From Patescibacteria group bacterium (GTDB lineage Bacteria; Patescibacteriota; Minisyncoccia; Minisyncoccales; CAZWNE01): 59,911 bases of DNA. The notes beneath the pieces were generated by a model. That model ran no database searches, was not told the origin of the DNA, and saw only the letters and a list, made by a program, of their open reading frames with translations. Position 1 is the first letter of the stretch, and each line of letters opens with the position of its first letter. The stretch covers positions 1 through 59,911 of the forward strand of contig JBBTTI010000029.1 of assembly GCA_038078735.1 (NCBI GenBank), given 5' to 3'. Shown here one piece after another: positions 10,288-18,764 of this stretch. A program made the translations under genes and the position numbers.

Positions 10288-10362
10288 CTAACGAATTTCT
10301 TGGTTGAGAGCTGCCCTGGTCAAGGGACCGAAATAACCAGTTTGGATTATACCCCTTGTCAT
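10288..10362 (-). pseudogene. orphan fragment of a PG-binding-domain C-terminus
   Basis: Minus-strand translation RGIIQTGYFGPLTRAALNQEIR* parallels the end of the 11212 gene (KGIIQTGYFGPLTRAAVNQKIK*). Shares a 29-nt identical core gctgccctggtcaagggaccgaaataacc. No upstream ORF body. Confidence 0.55.
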
Positions 10363-10367
10363 ACTAT

Positions 10368-10384
10368 TCACCTCCCGAAGGTGA
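10368..10384. repeat. REP-like hairpin downstream of RAYT #1
   Basis: tcacc-tcccgaa-ggtga. The loop is the reverse complement of the loop at 11137-11161. Confidence 0.6.
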
Positions 10385-10394
10385 TTAATCGTGA

Positions 10395-11120
10395 TTATTC
10401 AAGAAAGATAGATTGTGACGATGTTAATTTTTCTTTTAAAAATTCTTTAACGAAAGTTTTATATTCGTTATCATTCCCCCAAAAAGGAGCGTACTGTTCC
10501 AAAATTTCTTTAGAAGCCAGAATTAAAGAATTTCTTTTGCCCAATTTATCCGGAAAACTTGAGAATTCATAATTCTCTAAAAAATTGAATGCTTCTTTTG
10601 GATTTTTTAATCCATTTTCTCTCCATCCTGGTTGAAAAATGTCCAAGGGATTGATCACACTTACATAACGACTCACAGCATGCGATTGAAATTCAGTTTT
10701 AACTGCTATTCCCTTATATCTACTACCGAAAAGAGCGTCTCTTCGTTTGTGAGTTAAATTAAAATATTGCGCATAGCCATTGTTTAATTTTTGGATAAAA
10801 ACAGGTATAGCATTATCAATATTTGGCACTAAATAAAAATGATCGTGGTTTATTACTAATGAAAAGTCTAATAAGGAAACTAATGGGGGATGTTCCTGGA
10901 TTATAAAATTAGTAGGGATTTTCTCTCCGTATAACAACGCTTGCCCTGCTTTTATTGCGTCTTTAGTTTTTACATTAAAACCCTTTTTTCCTAAATTAGC
11001 AATGTAAAATTGAAAAATAAATCTATAACAATCTTCTTTTTGTTTAAAAATTTCTGTTAATGCCCGGGAGATAATATGAACTGGCTGATTTTTTTCAAAA
11101 TTAATTTTTCTATAAGGCAT
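10395..11120 (-). CDS. REP-associated tyrosine transposase-like protein (IS200/IS605 Y1 HUH family), copy #1
   Basis: HUH-type motif VINHDHFYLV. Catalytic-Tyr motif AVSRYVSVINP. About 240 aa. Flanked by hairpins. Confidence 0.75.
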   Translation of the reverse strand: MPYRKINFEKNQPVHIISRALTEIFKQKEDCYRFIFQFYIANLGKKGFNVKTKDAIKAGQALLYGEKIPTNFIIQEHPPLVSLLDFSLVINHDHFYLVPNIDNAIPVFIQKLNNGYAQYFNLTHKRRDALFGSRYKGIAVKTEFQSHAVSRYVSVINPLDIFQPGWRENGLKNPKEAFNFLENYEFSSFPDKLGKRNSLILASKEILEQYAPFWGNDNEYKTFVKEFLKEKLTSSQSIFLE

Positions 11121-11136
11121 AATTATTCAATCACTT

Positions 11137-11161
11137 TTAATTACCTTCGGGAGGTAATTAA
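11137..11161. repeat. REP-like hairpin upstream of RAYT #1
   Basis: ttaattacc-ttcggga-ggtaattaa: perfect 9-bp stem, 7-nt loop. Confidence 0.7.
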
Positions 11162-11211
11162 TTATTGTAGCATATTATTAAGAATCCCTGTCAAATTAAA
11201 TCTATGGATAA

Positions 11212-12801
11212 CTATTTAATCTTTTGATTGACAGCTGCCCTGGTCAAGGGACCGAAATAACCTGTTTGAATTATGCCCTTTGAGGCCTGATATTTTTTAA
11301 CAGCGGCTATCGTTAAAGAGAAATAATTGCCGGTAACTTGAACTTTTAAAAACTGCTGGAGACAGCGGACTTCAGTATTGTTTTTCATTCCGAAATAAAG
11401 ATTGTTCTTCAATAAACAGCTCCCCTGTTGCTGAGCTAAAAGCTGGACGATTTTATTTTGCAATACGGCTATCTGGGCTAAAAGATTTTTTATTAATTCT
11501 TCTTCCGGATTAATTGGCTGGTTGTCGCTGATAATAGAAGCGGTAAAAATAAATTTGGAATAGTTTTCTATACCGTTAAAACCGGCGATTTTTGTTTGAA
11601 GAGAAGGAATAATAACTAAAGACCGATACTTTTTGCCGAAATCAGGAAAGAATTGAGTAGCTCTTTGGCTGCTGTCTAATTTTAAATAATCCAAGGTAAG
11701 GTTGCCCGAATTATCTTCAAGCAAATAAGGAACTTTGAAATTGGTTCTTTCATCGCCGATAAATTCTAATTTAAAAGTTCCTTGGCCGCCGATAAATTTA
11801 TACCAATTTCCAGCCCAATTCTTAACGTAATTGACGACCGATAAGCTGCTGTCGCCGACTGACGGCAAAAAATTAAGCTGGGGAAAAATCCGGAGATTTT
11901 TCAAATTGGGATTCAAATAGCATAATTTGGGGCCCAAATTACAATCATTAACCAAAACAGCGATTGTCCAATCGGTAAAAATTTGACTGAAATCATTTAT
12001 TGAGGCGATCCCTATTGCCGAAGACTTTAATGAATCAGAAAGAATCTTCACTCCATAATAATCAACCATATACTGCATAAAAAGATTTAAAACCCCGTAA
12101 TCGGATGCCTCATTTTTCCATTCAGTCAAAGAATCTTGCGGTTTTTGCAAAAAACTTTTCAACCTCCTTTTCAAATTAGAATTTTCGTAATCGTCATCGT
12201 AACCCAAAATCCTGGGAGCTAACTCCGACCTCATTTCGTTCAGCCAGATTTCCTCTGAAATGCCCTGAATTTTATCTTTTTGGTAAAAATTAATTAAGTG
12301 CGTAAATTCGTGGGCTAAAAATCCTTTTACTAAAGGAGAAGTAACATAGCTTGCGTTTAAATAAACCATCTCTTTCTGATTAGAATCGGGCGATTGCAAA
12401 GTTGGATATTCGTCGCCGGAATTAAAATAACCTCCGGCGTCGCCCTTAATTCTGGTGACTAAAACCGTAATTCTTCCGTCATTATCAATCCCCGGCTTCC
12501 ATTCCGAACCGAATACGCTTCTCAATTTAGGATAAATATTTTCATCAAATTCCTGGGATAAATTCTTTAACGCGGCGGCAAATTCTTTTTTTCCATCTAT
12601 GTCTAATGTTTGATAATAACCGTCCTCAACATAAAAAAGAGCGTTTTCTCCTATTTGATGGAGAAAAGCCGTGACGTTTGAACGGCCCAAATAATCGTAA
12701 GACGGATCAACGTTAAACTCTAAAACGGCCGCCTGGATTGCCGAAGGAATTAAAAAAACCGCCAGCGAGATTAAAAACAATTTAAAAATTCTAACCGACA
12801 T
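11212..12801 (-). CDS. secreted HExxH zinc-metallopeptidase-like protein with coiled-coil plus PG-binding C-terminus
   Basis: Signal peptide ...IPSAIQA. FLAHEFTHLINF (HExxH). LIKNLLAQIAVLQNKIVQLLAQQ coiled coil followed by EVRCLQQFL...YQASKGIIQTGYFGPLTRAAV. Confidence 0.6.
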   Translation of the reverse strand: MSVRIFKLFLISLAVFLIPSAIQAAVLEFNVDPSYDYLGRSNVTAFLHQIGENALFYVEDGYYQTLDIDGKKEFAAALKNLSQEFDENIYPKLRSVFGSEWKPGIDNDGRITVLVTRIKGDAGGYFNSGDEYPTLQSPDSNQKEMVYLNASYVTSPLVKGFLAHEFTHLINFYQKDKIQGISEEIWLNEMRSELAPRILGYDDDYENSNLKRRLKSFLQKPQDSLTEWKNEASDYGVLNLFMQYMVDYYGVKILSDSLKSSAIGIASINDFSQIFTDWTIAVLVNDCNLGPKLCYLNPNLKNLRIFPQLNFLPSVGDSSLSVVNYVKNWAGNWYKFIGGQGTFKLEFIGDERTNFKVPYLLEDNSGNLTLDYLKLDSSQRATQFFPDFGKKYRSLVIIPSLQTKIAGFNGIENYSKFIFTASIISDNQPINPEEELIKNLLAQIAVLQNKIVQLLAQQQGSCLLKNNLYFGMKNNTEVRCLQQFLKVQVTGNYFSLTIAAVKKYQASKGIIQTGYFGPLTRAAVNQKIK

Positions 12802-12809
12802 ATTTTTAA

Positions 12810-12818
12810 ATTATATCA
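12810..12818 (-). promoter_or_regulatory. extended -10 (TGaTATAAT) 8 nt upstream of ATG 12801
   Basis: Minus strand reads ggTATGATATAATttaaaaatATG. No Shine-Dalgarno is possible in the 8-nt gap. Confidence 0.5.
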
Positions 12819-12832
12819 TACCGAGAAGCGAA

Positions 12833-12866
12833 ATCCAAAAACAAAAGACGCCGCAAATGCGGCGCC
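12833..12866 (-). terminator. Rho-independent terminator after the S-layer-like gene
   Basis: GC-rich stem gacgccgc/gcggcgcc (12847-12866). On the minus strand it is followed by ttttgtttttgg. Confidence 0.7.
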
Positions 12867-12928
12867 TTTTGCTTCTCGTCTCCTATCCACAAAGAAAAAT
12901 AGAAGAAAGAATGGTCTTTCAAGAAAAA

Positions 12929-15900
12929 TTAGTATTTCAGTTGAGGTCCGGTAACCGGCATAATCAGAACTTTATCTCTGGCATTGGCAGCTAAGCTGTC
13001 ATCCCAGTAGAAATCACCATCTTCAATACTAATGGTTAAGTACTGATTACTAAGGTTATTCGTATCCATAGCTGAAGTATCAGCCTTTAAGATGTATTTA
13101 ACAGTGCTGTTATCGCCTACTTCAAGAGCTGGATCAGGATAAATAGTTACCCAACCCGTGGAGTCCGTAGCAGTAGCATTGGCATAAGAAATTCCTAAAC
13201 CAAGCACAGTGCTATCACCTTCTTTATAAAGCTTATAGGTTCTGTCAAAAACAGATGAACTGGCGTTGGCATAGGTGCTAATAGTGAATCTGATGGCATT
13301 GACGCTTACGTTAAATCCGGAAAGAGGAGCGCTGACATCAAATCTGAAGACTTCGGTATTGCTGCCAAGCGTTGGAGTAATTGCTGTGCTGCTGACAGTG
13401 ACAGTGGGCTTGGTGGCGTAGAGGTACATAGCATTGGAAATCATTTGACCAGTCGTGGCATTGCTTGAAGTCATAATGTCATTAATACCCAAAGCGCCGC
13501 CCGAACTGCTTCCCTTAGCCACTACGTAATTTGTGGTGTATTGGGTAGCTGCTGTGCTGGTGCCCAAGGCAAAGGTCAAAGTGCTTCCTTCAACAGCGTC
13601 AGTATAAGCTGATGTATCAACTTTCAAGGTTAAAATCTTGCTGCCCGGGTAAGGAATATTAATTTCCTCGCCTGAACCAAAGTTGAAAATCGCTTTATTA
13701 GCTGCGTCAGATCCAATACCAGTTTCTTTCAATAAGGTGTCGCCGTAGTAAAGACCGACTTTACCGGCAACTACGTTATCAGCTAATCCTGCGGTTGTTC
13801 CAATCGCTTCTGTGCCGCCGCGTCTGATGCCAATCTTAAGATTGTCAGCAGAGTTGCTGGCAGATGCTGTTGAATCCATAATTTGCAGAGAAGATTTAGT
13901 GGTAGATGCCCAAAGAGTCAATATGCTAGATGACACGGAGGCCTTTAAATTAGGACAACTGGTCGCAATCTGGTTGGCAACATCTGTTGCGGTTCCCCAT
14001 TGTTGAGTAGTCGTGCTGAAACTACAGGTTTGAGTGGCTCCGTTATCTATGGAATAGTTGAACACTGATGCGCTAGCAGTTGCTAAAGAATCAGGGCTGG
14101 ATGTTGACAAGGCCGCATAACCGACGCTCGTTCCGGTAGCCGCATTACTATTGAAAACATCAAATATCAATTTAGACACAAGAATGTTTTCATTGCTAGC
14201 GACAAATTTCCATTTGCCCAAGGTTACTCCTGTTTTACCCTCTAAAATCTGAGCGGAAATTGGTCGGTTGACCTCATTGGTTATGGTTAAGGTTCCAGAA
14301 CCGCCCAATATCATTCCCTTGCCAATTGTCCCGTTATTAGCTCCTACTATAATAGTAGCTGATTGACCGGAAGCTATTCCGGCAGCGGTAATTTGGCTGG
14401 TAGAGGAAGCTATCCCCAAATAGAAATAAACGGAAGTTCCGGTGCTATTCAAGACCTTGGCCTTAACATCAATAATTTTGGTTGTTCCTTTTGGAATGGT
14501 TAAAGAAAGACCGGTAAAATCAACGTAGTCTGTGTTATTGGCGCCATTAGTCAAGGAAGAGATAGTTAAACCAATTTGAGTTGAACCGTCAAAAAGTTTA
14601 ATGTTGCCAAGCAAATCCTGAGTCGCGTCAATATCTAATCCGGTAAAGGCGTCTCTTGGAGTAGTAATTGTAGCGCTCGTGGTAGCTCCAGCTGAAATCT
14701 TAATTTTGGTAATCTTTACATCTTCAGTCGTAGAGGCGGTAAAGGCAATTTGGGCAAACAGAGCATCTGTAGCGTTCTTGATATAGGTTTGAGAAACAGG
14801 CGTAGAAGCTGCCCTAACTACCAAACCTGGAACCCCTTTGGTCATTAGATTACCGTGAGCAGACCAACTGGCAGCAGTAGCTGTAATAGTCTGGGCAGAA
14901 GCTGCTCCAGACGCTGTGATATAAGCTCCGCTGTCAATATGAGCTGTTAAGTAAGCGGCGTCAGAACCTACCGGAACATCGCCTACTACCCTTATGGTTT
15001 TAGTGGTGTTTTTTGCGATGGTAAGATTGATTCCGAATTCAGCCTTGCCGGATGAAATAACCGAATCGGTCTTTAGAAGAGTGGTTCCATCGTAAAGTTT
15101 GATGTTGTTAATATCAGCCGCATCAGCCGCAACAGTAGTAGCCGTTACATCAGAACTGGTAGAAAAGAGAATATTCAATTGAGAGATAGTAATATTTTCC
15201 CCAGTGGTTATTAAATCAAATTTGGCAAATTCATATTCAGTCACACCTAAGGCATAAGTAGCTGCCGTCGGACTATTGGCTGCCACTTGGACAGTCAAGG
15301 TTCCCTTGGCAATTATGTCATGCAATAGATTAGTGCTTGGAATAGCAGTGCTGGTCCCGCCGTTAACTTCGGCTGTGCCAAGATCATTTTGAGAGCTTAG
15401 ACCATCAGCTTTAACATCAGTGGTCGGATTGGCAAGTTTAAGACCAAGGAAATTATCGGCAGTAGCGGCTCCAGTAGGAACATCTGCCTTTACTATGATG
15501 ATCTTGTTAGCTGATTTAGCAATGTCAAAGAGTCCGGTGCCATCAAGACCGGTAGTGTAAGAGCCGAAAGTCACATAACCGGAAACCATTCCCGTAGAAG
15601 GAACGGGGTTGCCGGCTGTATCAAGAAGTTGGGCTCCCGTAGCAGCGTCGTAAAGCGTAACATTAGAAAAGTCTGAATCCGCAGTGGAGCTGGCTTCTTG
15701 AAATTTAATTTGGGTTATTCTTACCCCTTCATTGGCTCCGGTGGAAAACTTAAAGGCAATTATAGAATTTTGCGGAGTGCCTTTGGCGTAATCCTGAGCT
15801 GAAGGGCTATTGGCCTCATCTTTGGCAATAGTCAAGGTTCCCAAAGAAATAGTAACAGGTGATGAATTTTGAGGCCAGACATCAGTGCCATAAGTTGCTC

Positions 15901-17302
15901 CATATGTTACAACAGAACCTCCGCTATTGGATCCGTAGGCTGTAACATAGGTGTTGTCAGTGATCTCAAAAGCCACTGTCCTATTTTTAATTCCGGATGA
16001 ACTTCCAATATCAGCAGCCACCTTTAATGCTTTGGTGCCGCCGGCTAAAATCTCTAAGGGACTTGAAGATAGGTCAAAGGTTGCTTTGCCATCTGTTAAA
16101 GCGGCAACAGTTGAACCAATCTGGACAGAACCATAGAACAGTTTGATGTTGGAAATATCAGAACCGGTAATTGATCCTACTTGAGTTATTTTAACGGACT
16201 GAATAGTTAAAGCTTCTGTCGCTGAAGCGGTGAGATTGAACCCGGCTATATCCTGTTCGATAGCTCCAGCTATTACTGAACCTCCGGAAGGAGTAGTGGT
16301 AGCAATCTCTAATAATCCCGTGGAAATACCGGCAATAGTCCTTCCGGTGCTTGAGATTGGGAAAACTCCGTCTAAAGCAACTGTGGAAGTAATGTCAGAA
16401 GCAGAAGTAATATCAAACTTCACGGTATCTCCTGCGGTAGCGGCAGTAGCAATGCTGGCTTTAACTGTCAAAACCTTGCAAGAATTAGCTGCAATGGTCC
16501 AGTTTAAAGAAGCAAAGCTGGCTTTATGCGTGGTAGAATTTATAGCTTGAGTTGAACCAACCCGAGTTGTTCCCTCATAAAGCTTGACATAAGATATATC
16601 GGTGTCAGCGGCAATTCCGCCACGAGTTAGAATAATTTTGGAAACAGTATTAGCTGCAGAAGCTGTGCAGAAGTTAATCTTGGAAAAGATTACATCCTGG
16701 GCTCCTTTAGCTACAGTTGAAGCGGCTGGAGTATCAGCTGCTAATTGAACTTTATTTTCACCAACTGGTCCTGGTGTAACAACCGGCGTGGTCGGTGTAG
16801 TTGGTGTAGTTGGAGTTGTCGGAGTGGTTGGAGTGGCAGCTAACAGCGAATTTAATTTCGCCCTTGAGCTAGCGCCAACAAAACCAGTTCCTTTTGTCAA
16901 GCCGGATGGTGTCAAAATATCCGCGGCATATTTTTCCTGGGCTTTAATAACAGCTATTTTGGTTTTTGCGCCAAATAAAGTTGTTTCGTTCCCGGGAGAA
17001 CCGGCGCCAGTTGACGCAATTTGCGTATCAGCTGACATGTTCAATGTTGCCTGCAAACATTTGACATCACTGCCTGACATTCCTTGTTTTAAGTTTCTGG
17101 TGAAAGTAATTCCCGAACACGCAGCCGGAGCGCTCCCAGTTGTTTGCTGTGAAGCAGCTTGCAACTGAACTAATTGCGCCTGCAGTGCTACGATTTGGGC
17201 CATCAAATCATCTATGGTGGTGGCCCCAACCGGACCTGCCAACATAACAGAAACAGTCAAGGTCGTTACAATCGCAAAAATCTTTTTACTTATAGTAGAC
17301 AT
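12929..17302 (-). CDS. 1457-aa S-layer/cell-envelope-like protein with N-terminal coiled-coil plus PG-binding module and repeated beta-sandwich-like units
   Basis: Signal peptide ...MLAGPVGA. DDLMAQIVALQAQLVQLQAA, then GMSGSDVKCLQATLN...KIAVIKAQEKY. (TTP)n linker. At least seven units carrying the motif (I/V)xxIKLYDGxTxxG. Confidence 0.7.
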   Translation of the reverse strand: MSTISKKIFAIVTTLTVSVMLAGPVGATTIDDLMAQIVALQAQLVQLQAASQQTTGSAPAACSGITFTRNLKQGMSGSDVKCLQATLNMSADTQIASTGAGSPGNETTLFGAKTKIAVIKAQEKYAADILTPSGLTKGTGFVGASSRAKLNSLLAATPTTPTTPTTPTTPTTPVVTPGPVGENKVQLAADTPAASTVAKGAQDVIFSKINFCTASAANTVSKIILTRGGIAADTDISYVKLYEGTTRVGSTQAINSTTHKASFASLNWTIAANSCKVLTVKASIATAATAGDTVKFDITSASDITSTVALDGVFPISSTGRTIAGISTGLLEIATTTPSGGSVIAGAIEQDIAGFNLTASATEALTIQSVKITQVGSITGSDISNIKLFYGSVQIGSTVAALTDGKATFDLSSSPLEILAGGTKALKVAADIGSSSGIKNRTVAFEITDNTYVTAYGSNSGGSVVTYGATYGTDVWPQNSSPVTISLGTLTIAKDEANSPSAQDYAKGTPQNSIIAFKFSTGANEGVRITQIKFQEASSTADSDFSNVTLYDAATGAQLLDTAGNPVPSTGMVSGYVTFGSYTTGLDGTGLFDIAKSANKIIIVKADVPTGAATADNFLGLKLANPTTDVKADGLSSQNDLGTAEVNGGTSTAIPSTNLLHDIIAKGTLTVQVAANSPTAATYALGVTEYEFAKFDLITTGENITISQLNILFSTSSDVTATTVAADAADINNIKLYDGTTLLKTDSVISSGKAEFGINLTIAKNTTKTIRVVGDVPVGSDAAYLTAHIDSGAYITASGAASAQTITATAASWSAHGNLMTKGVPGLVVRAASTPVSQTYIKNATDALFAQIAFTASTTEDVKITKIKISAGATTSATITTPRDAFTGLDIDATQDLLGNIKLFDGSTQIGLTISSLTNGANNTDYVDFTGLSLTIPKGTTKIIDVKAKVLNSTGTSVYFYLGIASSTSQITAAGIASGQSATIIVGANNGTIGKGMILGGSGTLTITNEVNRPISAQILEGKTGVTLGKWKFVASNENILVSKLIFDVFNSNAATGTSVGYAALSTSSPDSLATASASVFNYSIDNGATQTCSFSTTTQQWGTATDVANQIATSCPNLKASVSSSILTLWASTTKSSLQIMDSTASASNSADNLKIGIRRGGTEAIGTTAGLADNVVAGKVGLYYGDTLLKETGIGSDAANKAIFNFGSGEEINIPYPGSKILTLKVDTSAYTDAVEGSTLTFALGTSTAATQYTTNYVVAKGSSSGGALGINDIMTSSNATTGQMISNAMYLYATKPTVTVSSTAITPTLGSNTEVFRFDVSAPLSGFNVSVNAIRFTISTYANASSSVFDRTYKLYKEGDSTVLGLGISYANATATDSTGWVTIYPDPALEVGDNSTVKYILKADTSAMDTNNLSNQYLTISIEDGDFYWDDSLAANARDKVLIMPVTGPQLKY

Positions 17303-17391
17303 TTGTATTTTTTTATTTTAAATTATATTATTCGAAATTTCCACTTTTGGCCGTATCGACCATAGAAAAACAGCCATCAAAATTTAAATAA

Positions 17392-18126
17392 TTATCGACT
17401 ATCGCTTAATTTAAATATTTTTTCCAATGCCGAATTATAATTTCCAGCAGCGTAGTCCTTTTTTGCTTCTTCAAAAAGCAATTCCTGCTCATCGGTTAAT
17501 GTCCTTTTCCCCAAATCTTTGATCAGCCACTCCGCCACCAGTTGAACCGGATTTTCTCCCTGCTTAGCGTCTAATCCGGCGATACCGTATATTCTCTCTA
17601 ATTGAGCCCTATTTTCTTCCAATTTCTGAGTTTCTAAAACAATATTTTTAATCGTCATTGAATCGGAAGTCGTTGCCGCCGCTTTGATCAAATTCTTCGC
17701 CGCTTCCGCTAAACTGGCCTGATATTCTTGCAGGGCCGGAGCTATCTTTTTAACCTGATTTGATTGGGCAATTTTAGTTAATTCTCCCAATCTTTTATTG
17801 GCTGTTTCTAAATTGATCTGGGCCAGATTATTTTGGGAAGCAAAAAGCGCCTGGCCTCTTTCGGCCGTTCTTTTCAAAGTATAAAGATAATCGCCGGGCA
17901 ATGAATCTTGACTTAAAACTAATATTCCAAAAAGTATGGCTAAAGTGGAAACCCCGGCTAAAGCTACCTTTGGCTGGAATAATAATTTAGCTAAGATATT
18001 AAACATTGATTGCCTTGCGCTCTGTTCTCCCAATATTTGTTCCTTAACGGAAAAAACCCAATTTGCGTTAGGTTTAATTTGCCTCAATCCCTTAATTTCG
18101 GCAATGAGTTCTTTTTCAGTCATCAT
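17392..18126 (-). CDS. single-pass membrane protein, DUF5667-like; positional anti-sigma candidate
   Basis: TM segment VALAGVSTLAILFGILVL. LPGDYLYTLKRTAERGQALF resembles DUF5667. Lies immediately downstream of the ECF sigma gene. Confidence 0.5.
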   Translation of the reverse strand: MMTEKELIAEIKGLRQIKPNANWVFSVKEQILGEQSARQSMFNILAKLLFQPKVALAGVSTLAILFGILVLSQDSLPGDYLYTLKRTAERGQALFASQNNLAQINLETANKRLGELTKIAQSNQVKKIAPALQEYQASLAEAAKNLIKAAATTSDSMTIKNIVLETQKLEENRAQLERIYGIAGLDAKQGENPVQLVAEWLIKDLGKRTLTDEQELLFEEAKKDYAAGNYNSALEKIFKLSDSR

Positions 18127-18154
18127 TGATAATTAAGCGTTAGCTAATTATGAA

Positions 18155-18175
18155 GAAGAGATTTATCTCTTCGCC
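18155..18175 (-). repeat. GCGAWGAG-type hairpin (a)
   Basis: Minus strand reads ggc-GAAGAGAT-aa-ATCTCTTC. Lies between the sigma and anti-sigma genes. Confidence 0.6.
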
Positions 18176-18195
18176 TACACTAATTATGACGGATT

Positions 18196-18696
18196 TTAGG
18201 CTTGTTTGTTACACTTCTTCCTCAACGATTCCAACGCCCTATGCAATAGGACGCGAGTATTATCCTCTGTCCTATCCATCATCTTAGCTACTTCTTGGAT
18301 AGAAAAATCATCCAAATAGTGCCAAATAATTACGTTTTGATAATCGTCTTTCAACCCGGCCAAGACCAGCTTAACCGTGTTGATGTCTGACTTCAACATC
18401 GCTTCTGAAAAATCATCGCTTGGATCAGCAATCGTCGTATTTTCAACAGACACTATCTGATTTTTACCCTTTTCTCTGTAATAATCAGTCACTAAATTAC
18501 GGGCAATCTGATATAAAAAAGCTGAAGGATTATCAATCGTATCGCCATTTTTAAAGCATTCCCAGCACCGGGTAAACGCCTCCGAAGTAATATCTTGGGC
18601 TGTGGCTTCCGAATTAACCTTTAAAAAGACAAAGCGATAGATTTTACCTATCAACTGATCGTATATTTGGCTGAATGTTTCTTTTAAATCTGCCAT
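18196..18696 (-). CDS. ECF-type RNA polymerase sigma-70 family factor
   Basis: Region 2-like DITSEAFTRCWE and LYQIARNLVTDYYR. Region 4 HTH: FSIQEVAKMMDRTEDNTRVLLHRALESLRK. Confidence 0.8.
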   Translation of the reverse strand: MADLKETFSQIYDQLIGKIYRFVFLKVNSEATAQDITSEAFTRCWECFKNGDTIDNPSAFLYQIARNLVTDYYREKGKNQIVSVENTTIADPSDDFSEAMLKSDINTVKLVLAGLKDDYQNVIIWHYLDDFSIQEVAKMMDRTEDNTRVLLHRALESLRKKCNKQA

Positions 18697-18705
18697 TTGT
18701 ATTTA

Positions 18706-18727
18706 GGCGATGAAGCGTTGCTTCATC
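18706..18727 (+). repeat. GCGATGAG-type hairpin (b)
   Basis: ggc-GATGAAGC-gtt-GCTTCATC. Confidence 0.6.
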
Positions 18728-18732
18728 TTCAA

Positions 18733-18764
18733 AGCTAGATAGGACACGCGTGTCCTATCTAGCT
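18733..18764. repeat. 32-bp perfect palindrome
   Basis: agctagataggacacg|cgtgtcctatctagct. Overlaps the stop codon of the 18759 ORF and lies upstream of the sigma gene. Confidence 0.85.
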
